Shown here: piece by piece, positions 19,563-28,593 of the stretch | Layout of the letters: each line of letters opens with the position of its first letter | How positions within the stretch are numbered: the first letter of the stretch is position 1 | Assembly (NCBI GenBank): GCA_965221775.1 | Contig: CBDCSU010000006.1 | Coordinates: 1,184,001-1,248,000, forward strand | Reading direction: 5' to 3' | Source: Candidatus Latescibacterota bacterium | GTDB lineage: Bacteria > Latescibacterota > UBA2968 > UBA8231 | DNA: 64,000 bases | Notes under the pieces: generated by a model | What the model saw: only the letters and a program-made list of their open reading frames with translations | Database searches by the model: none | What the model was told of the DNA's origin: nothing | Made by a program: the position numbers and the translations under genes

Positions 19563-20108
19563 TCACCGCCCCCGGCGCAGCTCCCGCAGCCGGCCCCGCA
19601 CCTGCCGCAGGAACTCCCCCACCTCCGGCCCCCGGTAGTCTGGATAGGTCCACGGCAGCGGCCGGTACTCGCCGCGCTCGAAGCGCAGGGTCACCTCGGC
19701 CCACAGGCCGGCGGCGATGGCCACGCGGTGGCCGCTGGCCTTGGTGGTGGCCAGCACCAGGCTCTCCTCCGACAGCAGTCCCGGGTCGACATTCACCGTC
19801 CGCCGCAGCTGGCCCCCGGCGCCCTCCACGGCGCGCTCCCGCTCGAAGGCCAGGGTCTGCCGCTTGCGCCCGGCCAGCCGCTCCGGGTCGATGGGGTCGC
19901 CGAGCCACACCAGGCCCTTCGCCAGCCCCGGCCCCATCTCGGCCTCGTAGTAGCCGCTCATGTCGAAGGCCCAGGTGGGGCTGCGGGCCTGCACCGCTCC
20001 GAAGCGCGCCGCCAACTCGGCCACGGCCTCGTCCACGGCGTCGCCGCCGCGGGCCATGACGGCGCAGAGGAAGGCGGCGGGCTCTCCGGGCTGCAGGTCC
20101 AGGGGCAT
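19563..20108 (-). CDS. DUF4416 family protein
   Basis: YYEAEMG, RRTVNVDPG, LVLATTK..HR, PWTYPDY motifs. Confidence 0.85.
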   Translation of the reverse strand: MPLDLQPGEPAAFLCAVMARGGDAVDEAVAELAARFGAVQARSPTWAFDMSGYYEAEMGPGLAKGLVWLGDPIDPERLAGRKRQTLAFERERAVEGAGGQLRRTVNVDPGLLSEESLVLATTKASGHRVAIAAGLWAEVTLRFERGEYRPLPWTYPDYRGPEVGEFLRQVRGRLRELRRGR

Positions 20109-20152
20109 GGCGGCATGCTACGGAGGCGGGTCCGGCGGCGGCAAGAGCCGCC

Positions 20153-20182
20153 TTGACGCTCCGAGCCGGCCCGGTCTATCGT
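20153..20182 (+). promoter_or_regulatory. sigma70-like promoter
   Basis: TTGACG-N18-TATCGT in the divergent intergenic region. Confidence 0.5.
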
Positions 20183-20207
20183 GAGCCCCCCTCTCGACGG
20201 AGCGCCC

Positions 20208-21263
20208 ATGCACATCGACGACCTCGACACCCCCTTCCTCCTCGTCCACCTCGACGCCCTGGAGGAGAACCTCGACCGCGCCCAGGCCTACTGCGACGAG
20301 CACCGCGTCGGCCTTCGGCCCCACATCAAGACCCACAAGTGCCTGGCCATCTCGCGCATGCAGATGGACCGCGGCGCCATGGGCATCGTCTGCCAGAAGC
20401 TCGGCGAGGCCGAGGTCATGGTCGACGGCGGCGTCGACCGCGACGTCCTCATCCCCTACAACCTCGTCGGCAGGATCAAGCTGGAACGGCTCGCCGCCCT
20501 GGCGCCGCGGACCCGGCTGACGGTGGCCGCCGACTCCGAGTACACGGCGCGCGGCCTCTCCGAGGCGATGAGCGCGGCCGGCACCCGCGTGGGCGTCATC
20601 GTCGAGGTCGACCAGGGCCGCACCGGCGTGGGGACCCCCGCCGCCATCGCCGACATGGCGGCCCTCATCGACTCCCTCCCCGGCCTGGAGTTTCGGGGCA
20701 TCATGATCATGCCGTCGCCGCCCTCCTGCCGGCCCCTGCTGCAGGCGGTGCTGAGCGGTCTCGACGCCCGGGGCCTGCCCCACCCCATCGTCAGCGGCGG
20801 CGCCTCCCCCTGCATGTGGACGGCCCACGAGGTCCCGGAGCTGACCGAGCACCGCGCCGGCGAGTACCCCGTGGGGGGCATGAAGCACCTGCAGGTGGGC
20901 ACCCACACGGTGGCGCAGTGCGCCGGCCGGGTGCTGACCACCGTCGTCAGCCGGCCCGGCGGCGGCCGCGCCATCCTCGACGCCGGCAGCAAGTCCCTGA
21001 GCCTGGCCGTGCACCACGACGAGCGCGGCGGACTCCTGGGCCACGTCGTCGAGTACCCCGAGGCGCGGCTGTCGGGCGCCTCCGAGGAGCACGGCCACCT
21101 GGACGTCTCCAGGTGCGACCCCGCGCCCCGGATCGGCGAGCGCGTGCAGATCATCCCCGTGCACCCGTGCCCGACCTTCAACGAGCACGACGAGATCGCC
21201 GCCGTGCGCGGCGACCGGGTGGAGGCCGTCTGGCCCGTCGAGGCCCGGGGGCGCATCCGCTGA
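20208..21263 (+). CDS. PLP-dependent fold-type III enzyme (D-threonine aldolase / DSD1 D-serine dehydratase family)
   Basis: LDTP, LRPHIKTHK (PLP lysine), QKLGEAE, LDAGSKSL, SEEHG, IPVHPC. Confidence 0.85.
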   Translation: MHIDDLDTPFLLVHLDALEENLDRAQAYCDEHRVGLRPHIKTHKCLAISRMQMDRGAMGIVCQKLGEAEVMVDGGVDRDVLIPYNLVGRIKLERLAALAPRTRLTVAADSEYTARGLSEAMSAAGTRVGVIVEVDQGRTGVGTPAAIADMAALIDSLPGLEFRGIMIMPSPPSCRPLLQAVLSGLDARGLPHPIVSGGASPCMWTAHEVPELTEHRAGEYPVGGMKHLQVGTHTVAQCAGRVLTTVVSRPGGGRAILDAGSKSLSLAVHHDERGGLLGHVVEYPEARLSGASEEHGHLDVSRCDPAPRIGERVQIIPVHPCPTFNEHDEIAAVRGDRVEAVWPVEARGRIR

Positions 21264-21973
21264 TGGCGCAGGTCGCGCAGCAGACCCTCGACCGGCTGCG
21301 GGTCCCGAGCACGGCGACCCTGACCTCGGTGCTCAAGGGCCACGGCCTCGGCAACACCTTCCTCCACGAGGTGGCGCCCCTGCGGCCCGACACGAGCATG
21401 GCCGGGCGCGCCTTCACCCTGCGCTACATCCCGGCGCGGGAGGACCTCGTGGACGTGCCCATGGACAACCTCACCGACATGCAGCGGGTCGGCATCGAGC
21501 AGATGCAGCCGGGAGACGTGCTCGTCATCGACGCCCGCGGCGACACCCGCGCCGGCACCATGGGCTCAATCCTGGCGGCGAGGATGGCCCACCTCGGCGT
21601 GGCGGGCGTGGTCACCGACGGCGCCTACCGCGACAGTCCGACCATCGCCGCCAGCGGCTTCCCCGCCTACGCCCGCGCCATGAACGCCCACACGAACAAG
21701 ACCATCCACTACCCGAGCGAGATCCAGGTGCCCGTCGGCTGCGGAGGCGTGGCCGTCTTCCCCGGAGACGCGGTCGTGGGCGACGGCGAGGGCGTGGTGG
21801 TGGTCCCCGCCCACCTGGCCGACGATGTGGCCGCCGAGGCCGAGGAGCAGGAGCTGAAGGAGGAGTTCATCACCGGGAAGATCCGCGCCGGCGCCCCCCT
21901 CCACGGCACCTACCCCCTCGACGAGGAGGGCCAGCGCGAGTTCGAGGAGTGGCGCAGGAACCGCGGCCGCTGA
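21263..21973 (+). CDS. RraA-like / HMG-CHA aldolase family protein
   Basis: GRAFTLRYIPARED, PGDVLVIDA, VTDGAYRD, PGDAVVGDGEGVVVVP. Confidence 0.85.
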   Translation: MAQVAQQTLDRLRVPSTATLTSVLKGHGLGNTFLHEVAPLRPDTSMAGRAFTLRYIPAREDLVDVPMDNLTDMQRVGIEQMQPGDVLVIDARGDTRAGTMGSILAARMAHLGVAGVVTDGAYRDSPTIAASGFPAYARAMNAHTNKTIHYPSEIQVPVGCGGVAVFPGDAVVGDGEGVVVVPAHLADDVAAEAEEQELKEEFITGKIRAGAPLHGTYPLDEEGQREFEEWRRNRGR

Positions 21974-22035
21974 GCGCGACAGACGCCCGCCGCAAGCGTC
22001 CCCCGACGATATCCCCCCCGACCCGGAGAGTCCCC

Positions 22036-22548
22036 ATGCTGGAGATCTTCAAGGTCCCCGTGGAACCCCTCACCCCCGAGGCCTTCGCGCCCTTCGGAAG
22101 CGTCATCCGAACCTGCGACGAGACCCGGCCCGAGGTGCGGGTCGGCGGCCTCACGGAGAACCACTACACGGTGACGGCGGAGGTCTCCGACCCGCCGCCG
22201 GAGAAGCTCTCCCTGTCGGAGGGCCGGCTGCGCGCCCACTTCGCCTGCCACGACGACGCCGGCCAGTCCTTCTACCCGACGCGGCACTGCCCCACCGTCT
22301 TCCTCGTGGCCCCGCCCGCCCCGAGCCTGAACCCCGAGGACCTGCGCGCCTTCCACTCCGACGGCCGCCTGGGCGTCTGCCTGGGGCTGGAGGTGTGGCA
22401 CACCATGCCCATCTGCCTGGAGGGGACCGAGGTCTACCACACGGCCCGCGGCGACCAGGACTACCAGACCCACTCCGTGGAGGTCGACTTCGACGAGGAG
22501 CGGGGGGTGGTGATCGATGTGGACGTGGAGGGGTTTGCGGGGGGTTGA
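22036..22548 (+). CDS. ureidoglycolate lyase-like protein
   Basis: VEPLTPEAFAPFG N-terminus, H..AGQSF, VWH motifs. Confidence 0.7.
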   Translation: MLEIFKVPVEPLTPEAFAPFGSVIRTCDETRPEVRVGGLTENHYTVTAEVSDPPPEKLSLSEGRLRAHFACHDDAGQSFYPTRHCPTVFLVAPPAPSLNPEDLRAFHSDGRLGVCLGLEVWHTMPICLEGTEVYHTARGDQDYQTHSVEVDFDEERGVVIDVDVEGFAGG

Positions 22549-22595
22549 GGGGGCGAGTTCCTCTGCTGCGCCATGTCATTGCATACATTCATGGG

Positions 22596-22803
22596 ATGGC
22601 CAGCATCACAATCCACCTCGGCGATGACCTGAAGCGGCGACTGCGAGCCCAGGCGGCCGAGCACGGGCGATCCTTGGAAGAGAAGCGCGGACGATCCTGC
22701 GCGCCGCGCTCGCCGAGCCCGCGCCCCCGGCCGATCTGGCCCGTGCCATACGGGACGCTTCGAGCCCCTGGGGGGCGTGGAACTGGACATCCCACCGCGG
22801 TGA
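22596..22803 (+). pseudogene. FitA-like ribbon-helix-helix antitoxin (plasmid stabilisation), two frameshifts
   Basis: MASITIHLGDDLKRRLRAQAAEHGRSLEE / EARTILRAALAEPAPPADLARAIR / RFEPLGGVELDIPPR* across three frames. Confidence 0.75.
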
Positions 22804-22822
22804 TCAAGCCGCCTCAGGCGAT

Positions 22823-23092
22823 ATGCAAGAGGTCTCGGCCAGAGAAGCCAGGAAACGATTCGGGCAATTGCTCGATGCCGCCCAGGGCGGACCTGTATGC
22901 ATCACCAGGAGAGGCCGCGCGGCCGCCGTCATGATGTCCATGGAGCAGTACCAACGGCTGCAAGGCGCCGCATGGGCGCGCTTGACGGAGACGATGGACC
23001 GCTTGGGAGCCGAGGCGGTCGGCCGTGGATTGACCGGGGCTGGGCTCGATGCGCTCTTGGATCCGCAAGGTGAGACGACCCTTGAGAGCTGA
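22823..23092 (+). CDS. Phd/YefM family antitoxin
   Basis: VSAREARKRFGQLLDAAQGGPVCITRRGRAAAVMMSMEQY. Confidence 0.85.
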   Translation: MQEVSAREARKRFGQLLDAAQGGPVCITRRGRAAAVMMSMEQYQRLQGAAWARLTETMDRLGAEAVGRGLTGAGLDALLDPQGETTLES

Positions 23093-23353
23093 TCGGCGTG
23101 CTGGTGGCCGAGGTCGCCCACAACACGCCCTACGAGCGCCCAGTGGAGGACACCCTGTGGACCGCTCGCTGCCTGGCGCAGGTCACCGCGTGTCCGAGGA
23201 TCGCATCCAATCTGGCGGACCATCGGGCTGCTGCCGTATCGACCGATGCCTTTTCACTAGACAAGGTGCGCAACATCGTGGGCCTGCATCTCCACTCCCC
23301 AGCATGATGCCGCCTGTGTCTGCAATAGCGCTTCAGAGCGCGGCGGTCCCCAC

Positions 23354-26300
23354 ATGATCATCCCGCTCGAACCCAACCTCCAAGGCTTGGCAGCACGACG
23401 TTTCCATAGCTTTGCTCGGCAAGTTCTCAACCGGCAGGGGGCCGGCGAACACCATCGAATCGCCGCGCTCGTGGACGCGGAGACGGTGCATGCGCCCGAA
23501 CGCCGCGAGCTCAAGGGTCAATGCGACGAATACACCGCCTGCGTGCGGGTGCTTGGAGACCTCGCGCAACTGCGCTGGAAGCTGGTGGAGAGCGGGCACG
23601 GCCTGGAGCTCCACTCGCCACGCCTAGTGGACGCTCGGACCTCCGGGCCCTGCGAGTCTCACCGGCGAAAGGAAGCGATCCGCAACGAGCTGCGTCCGCG
23701 CCTCCTGCAACAGTTCGCGGACCCGCACGTCCGGCAGTTCATCCGGCGGATGGAGCGCCCAAGAGCCACGTCGAGACATACGTCCATCAACGCCCTGATC
23801 GCGGACGGCGCCGAATTGCAGCAGCGTCTGCGCGAGGCCCGGGACCATCCGCTCGACGATCCTGCACGCAGCAAGGCGCTGCGCGGCGCCATCCGACCCT
23901 ATCTCCAACTCGTCGAGCCGGGGGTGCGCGACGAGCACACCGCGATACCGCTGCGGGACATCTGGCGCTACTTCCGTTTCACTTGGTCAATCCCGCAAAC
24001 CCCGATACCCGGTCGCAGCTTACTCTATCTGGTCAGGGACGCGGCCCACGAGTACCATGGCGTGATCGGCATCGCCGCACTCAGCAACTGCGCCGTGCAA
24101 ATGGTCCCGCGCGACCGCGCCATCGGCTGGAGTGCCAAGGGACTTGCTGACGCCCTGACGACGCTCTTCTCCTCCGCTGAGCAGAGGGGGGAGCGCGAGG
24201 CTAGCGACCCCTCCCTCGGCATGCAAGGCCCCTATCGGTGGCTGTTGCCGCTGTTCCCGGTCGGCGTCGACCCTTCGCAAGAGACCAAACGGACGGCACT
24301 GGAACGTCTCTTCGCTTGGCTTCTTCAGGGGATATCCACGGCGATCGGGGAGATCGAACATCAAGGGCTCGCGACGCCGGAAGACCTCAAGGCACCGACC
24401 CAGGAGATGATCGACCGCCTTCGCCATCTTAGCAGGGAATTCGCGGCAAAGCGCCAGGAGGCGCTGGCCCGAAGCCGGGAAGACGGCGACATCGTCGGCC
24501 TAGCCCCGGGCGCCGCGACCGCGCCCGTCGACGATGATGTCCTCAATCTCGAGGCCAAGCATGCGTCCAATGCGCCGGTCAACAATTCGCGGCGCATGCT
24601 GGTGCGCAAGAAGCGGGCCTTCGAGCTGGCGCGCCTGCTCGATGCCGCTAGAGTCCTGGCCGCTAGCCGCCAAACCCTGACCGACCCCACCACCGCCTTC
24701 GCCACCTTGGAGCGGGAAGAAGTACGCACCGCCATCAACACGGCCATGAGCGCGACAAAAAGCCGGCGCATCGGGACCAACCTTCTGGAAATCACCACAT
24801 GTGGCGCGGTGGCCCCCTACAACCGCATGCTGGGCGGCAAGCTGGTTGCGCTGCTCCTGCTCAGCCCACAGGTGGCGGCGGACAACAACCGCCGCTACGG
24901 GAACGAACCTGCGATCATCCGCTCGCAACTCAAGAATACCCGGGTCGTCCCCGACAATACCCTTGTCTGGCTCGGCACGACCAGCCTTTTTTCACACGGC
25001 AGCAGCCAGTACGAGCGTCTGCGCCTTCCGTCCGGCACCATCGCCCCTGACCAGGAGGAGATCCGCTACCGCTATCTCGGCGAAACGACCGGCTACGGCA
25101 CGGTGCAGTTCGCGGACGACACCGTGCGCGCACTCGATACCGTGATGCGCCGCCGACGCGGCTTCCGGGACGTCAACAGCGTGTTCGGCGAGGGCGCGAG
25201 TCCCAGGCTGCGTAAGCTGAGGTCGGGATTGGACGCGATCGGCTTCAACGCCAGCCTCACCATGCTCCACCACCAAGGCAGGCGCATCTACGGCGTGCCC
25301 CTGTTCCCGACCGCCGCCGCCTATCTGTGTGGCCTCGACCCGGACGTTCCGGACTACATCCGTGCGCCCGAATCCTACGAGGACGCCAGCGAACGCATCG
25401 CCGAGTTCTGGCGCCGACGCTGGCTTGCCCGAAGACTCGAACACGAAGACAGCTGGACGGCTCTTGGCGAGACCGGACAAAGGCTTCTGAGCGCCACCAT
25501 TCCAGAACCGCCCGAGCCGACGGCGTCCCGGGTGGCCGGAGACGGAGAGGACATCGACGACGGCGACGGCGGGAACGACGGTCCGCCAGCGGATGACTTG
25601 GCCGAACTCAACTTCTGGCGCACGCTCGCACGCGGCGGGCCTAATGCCATCTCAGAGGGTTTGTCCGACGACGAGTATGCGCGGTTACACCTTACGACGC
25701 CGCTCGAAGATCATCTTCTCAAGCAGGCACGACAAGGCCGCTCGATCGTACTCACCGGCAATGCCGGCGACGGAAAGACCCATCTCGCCCGCACCCTGCG
25801 GCGCCGCCTCGGAAGCAATTCCGAGCGTTTCGTATTCGAATTCGATGCCACCGCCACTATGACCAGCCGGGATGGCGTCGCACCGATCATAGAAAGCTGG
25901 CGATGGGCGAGCAACAACGGCAAGAGCATGGTGCTCGCGATCAACCAGTACCCGCTGCACATGCTACGCCAAGAACTGCGGAGCGCCCTGCCGGCCGTCT
26001 CCGACGCCATCGACCAGCAGTGGCGGGCGCGATTGTATACGGAGCCTTCGGACGATTCGTCGGACCCAAGCGACCTCCTGCTCGTGGACCTGTCTCTCCG
26101 CAATCCTCTCTCGCAACACTTTGCGAATCGTGTACTGAACAAGATGCTGGAGAGCCCGGCCGTCAGGCGATATGCCGCGAGCCATTCCGATCCGAACTTC
26201 TCGCTCAATTTCCGGTGCCTATCGCATCCCGAGGTGCAGACGCGCCTGTTCCATCTGTTCGCCAGGGTTGTCTCGTCCGGTGGACGCGCGACCATCCGCG

Positions 26301-27265
26301 AACTCTGGATCCTGTGCGCTCGATTGCTCTTCGGTGCCTCTTTGGATCCCGGCTTGCCCGGCTCTCACCAAGCTTGGTATTCCGACCGTCTGTTCCAACG
26401 CGACGCGCGCTTTCCCCTGACTGGTGCGCTGTGCCGCGTTTCCGACCCCGCACAGGTGAGCCACCCCCAGATCGACCGGCGACTGGAGGATCCGGAAGGA
26501 ACCCGGGGCGTCGACTGGCTCATCGACGGCGAGCCCCCGGACCTCCCAGCCTCTCCCGTCGCCACTATGGCCACCGCCGCCCACAACCGCGACCGATACC
26601 AGGCACGGTTCGCGGCCCGAAAACGCCGCTTCTACTTCGAACACACCGACGGCGGTGAAGACCGCGTCTTCGCGCTCGATGACAGCTCGCATGCCAGTTT
26701 CCACCGAATGCTGGGGACGGACACGCATGACGACGAGTACCGGCGCGTCCTGATCGAGGCGATCAATCGCTGCTACTTCCCGCATGAATTCGACGGCATG
26801 CGCGACAAGCTGTGCCTGTGGATCGGCCACCGCCTGGACGAGCAGCCGACCAAGAGCTTCGTTGCCAACGAGTGCCTTCCGCTGGGACGTCTCGCCCTCA
26901 GGCGTCCGGTGCCGCCGGCCTCGCTGCGCGACACCCTGGAATACGTTCCCGACCACCTCCTCTTGTGTCTCGCGAGCCCGGACGGCAGCGTTTCCCGGGA
27001 TCTCTCGCTCCGCATCGACCCGGCACTCTTCGACACCCTCTGGTCCATCCGGGGGGGGCTACCCCGACACCTGATCGATCCCGCCGAACTCAACCGACTC
27101 GACACATTCATCGACCGCCTGCGTCGCTCGTCACCGCCGCCGGAACCCCTGCCGGAGTTCCTGATCTACAACGCCGAGCATGTCGCCTCGAGCGTCGTCA
27201 AGCTCTCCGCCGATCGCACGCGATACGACCGTGTCGACCGGCTCCCTCCGGAAGGACGGACATGA
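23354..27265 (+). CDS. Druantia DruA (DUF4338)-like domain fused to a DptF/DndF-like P-loop NTPase
   Basis: N-half: WRYFRFTWS..PGR, CGAVAPYNRMLGGKLVA, TTSLF..SSQYERL, NSVFGEGASPRLRKLR, WRRRWL. Acidic/Pro linker. C-half: IVLTGNAGDGKTH, DATA, LAINQYPL, DLSLRN, KRRFYF. Confidence 0.72.
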   Translation: MIIPLEPNLQGLAARRFHSFARQVLNRQGAGEHHRIAALVDAETVHAPERRELKGQCDEYTACVRVLGDLAQLRWKLVESGHGLELHSPRLVDARTSGPCESHRRKEAIRNELRPRLLQQFADPHVRQFIRRMERPRATSRHTSINALIADGAELQQRLREARDHPLDDPARSKALRGAIRPYLQLVEPGVRDEHTAIPLRDIWRYFRFTWSIPQTPIPGRSLLYLVRDAAHEYHGVIGIAALSNCAVQMVPRDRAIGWSAKGLADALTTLFSSAEQRGEREASDPSLGMQGPYRWLLPLFPVGVDPSQETKRTALERLFAWLLQGISTAIGEIEHQGLATPEDLKAPTQEMIDRLRHLSREFAAKRQEALARSREDGDIVGLAPGAATAPVDDDVLNLEAKHASNAPVNNSRRMLVRKKRAFELARLLDAARVLAASRQTLTDPTTAFATLEREEVRTAINTAMSATKSRRIGTNLLEITTCGAVAPYNRMLGGKLVALLLLSPQVAADNNRRYGNEPAIIRSQLKNTRVVPDNTLVWLGTTSLFSHGSSQYERLRLPSGTIAPDQEEIRYRYLGETTGYGTVQFADDTVRALDTVMRRRRGFRDVNSVFGEGASPRLRKLRSGLDAIGFNASLTMLHHQGRRIYGVPLFPTAAAYLCGLDPDVPDYIRAPESYEDASERIAEFWRRRWLARRLEHEDSWTALGETGQRLLSATIPEPPEPTASRVAGDGEDIDDGDGGNDGPPADDLAELNFWRTLARGGPNAISEGLSDDEYARLHLTTPLEDHLLKQARQGRSIVLTGNAGDGKTHLARTLRRRLGSNSERFVFEFDATATMTSRDGVAPIIESWRWASNNGKSMVLAINQYPLHMLRQELRSALPAVSDAIDQQWRARLYTEPSDDSSDPSDLLLVDLSLRNPLSQHFANRVLNKMLESPAVRRYAASHSDPNFSLNFRCLSHPEVQTRLFHLFARVVSSGGRATIRELWILCARLLFGASLDPGLPGSHQAWYSDRLFQRDARFPLTGALCRVSDPAQVSHPQIDRRLEDPEGTRGVDWLIDGEPPDLPASPVATMATAAHNRDRYQARFAARKRRFYFEHTDGGEDRVFALDDSSHASFHRMLGTDTHDDEYRRVLIEAINRCYFPHEFDGMRDKLCLWIGHRLDEQPTKSFVANECLPLGRLALRRPVPPASLRDTLEYVPDHLLLCLASPDGSVSRDLSLRIDPALFDTLWSIRGGLPRHLIDPAELNRLDTFIDRLRRSSPPPEPLPEFLIYNAEHVASSVVKLSADRTRYDRVDRLPPEGRT

Positions 27266-28593
27266 CCAAACGGCAGGCGCACTTCCAAGCTTTCGGCTAC
27301 GAACCGCTGCGCATGAAGCCCGTGCATTTCGCCTCCGGCTTTTTCATCGCCCTGAAAGGGCAGGTCTACGCCAACGAGCTCCTGAACAAGGTCGCGGTGA
27401 CCCAAGCGAACAAGGGATTGCAGCACGGCTATACCGCAGAAGATCTCCTCGCCAAGCTGAAAGCCGACCAGCTGGTCTCGTCGACGATGACGCAGGCAGA
27501 TGTCGAACTGCTTCGCGTTCAGGTCAATGGCGTCGTCAATAATGATGCCGCAATGTATCCCGCGTTTCACCCCTACCGACCGAAGGGAAACGACTACACG
27601 TTTATCTCGCCTCGCGTGCTGACCACTGCCAACCGGACCGACGGCTTCGCCGGGCTCTTCGTCTTTGCCGTCCTCGACGAGACCGCTTCCGGAAAGGCCA
27701 TCCTTGATGCCGGGCGCGAGCTTGCAGCGGAACCCCAAGGCGCGCTGGAGCAGCTCGTCGCACCGCTACTCGAGGACGAGGATCCGGAGACGCGGGAGCT
27801 TCTGGAGAGCTACGAGCGCGATTTCGGCGTGCTCGATCCGGCGCGCATCGCGTCAATCGCCGCCGACATGCAGGCGGAAACCGACGCTCTGCAACGCCTG
27901 TGCGCCAACATGATGGGCTACAGCCACTACAAGAAAATCCGATACTACGTTCTCGGGCTCCTGGCTTGGCTGATGAGTTACATGCTCAAGACGGCCTCCC
28001 CCGAACAGTCGAAGACACCTCTGATGTTCTTTGACTTCATGGGCGAGAGGGACGGGCGTATCCGCACGCAGAGCCAAACGTGCTACGCACGTCTGCGGGA
28101 AACCGTGCGCCGGTCCTACAGCGAATTCGCTGCCTCCGGCCGGTTCGATCCCGACCCAATCGCCAAGGGGCTATTCAGCCCGAAAGAGCGGCCGGACGAA
28201 ACCAATTTCAAGTTCTTGGAAGAACACTTCAGCAATCTCGCCTTGCGCATGGGCTATATCCAGCCCCGTGCCTCGCGGGTGCGCCTAAAGCACTTCGAGC
28301 TTCAGCCCGACACGCTGCGGGTCCTGATGCTGAGCATTCTCGACGTCGATGCGGGGAACGCGATCACGCTCGACGACGTGTGCAAACGCCTTGGCCACAC
28401 CTGGAGCGTCGTCGTGGGGGCGCTTGGAGTCGATCTCGAGTCCCTGCGGGAGCAGGACTATTTCGGGTTCGACGAAGAAGACCTCCGCCACAACACGGCC
28501 GCATTCTCGCAGCATCTCAAGAGTCTCAGCATGGCATTCGAACCCTCCGATGGTCTGGTGCTTTGCTCCACGGATATCGGGGAAGTTCTTTGA
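27262..28593 (+). CDS. DptG/DndG-like hypothetical protein (443 aa)
   Basis: ATGA overlap with the upstream gene; size and position between DptF-like and DptH-like genes; C-terminal GYIQPR..K.F and LKSLSMAFEPSDG resemble DptG C-termini. Confidence 0.5.
   Translation: MTKRQAHFQAFGYEPLRMKPVHFASGFFIALKGQVYANELLNKVAVTQANKGLQHGYTAEDLLAKLKADQLVSSTMTQADVELLRVQVNGVVNNDAAMYPAFHPYRPKGNDYTFISPRVLTTANRTDGFAGLFVFAVLDETASGKAILDAGRELAAEPQGALEQLVAPLLEDEDPETRELLESYERDFGVLDPARIASIAADMQAETDALQRLCANMMGYSHYKKIRYYVLGLLAWLMSYMLKTASPEQSKTPLMFFDFMGERDGRIRTQSQTCYARLRETVRRSYSEFAASGRFDPDPIAKGLFSPKERPDETNFKFLEEHFSNLALRMGYIQPRASRVRLKHFELQPDTLRVLMLSILDVDAGNAITLDDVCKRLGHTWSVVVGALGVDLESLREQDYFGFDEEDLRHNTAAFSQHLKSLSMAFEPSDGLVLCSTDIGEVL

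Noticed and set aside
23098-23307. 69-aa ORF as the cognate toxin of the Phd antitoxin
   Set aside because: No PIN, RelE or Doc motifs; looks like a chimeric remnant
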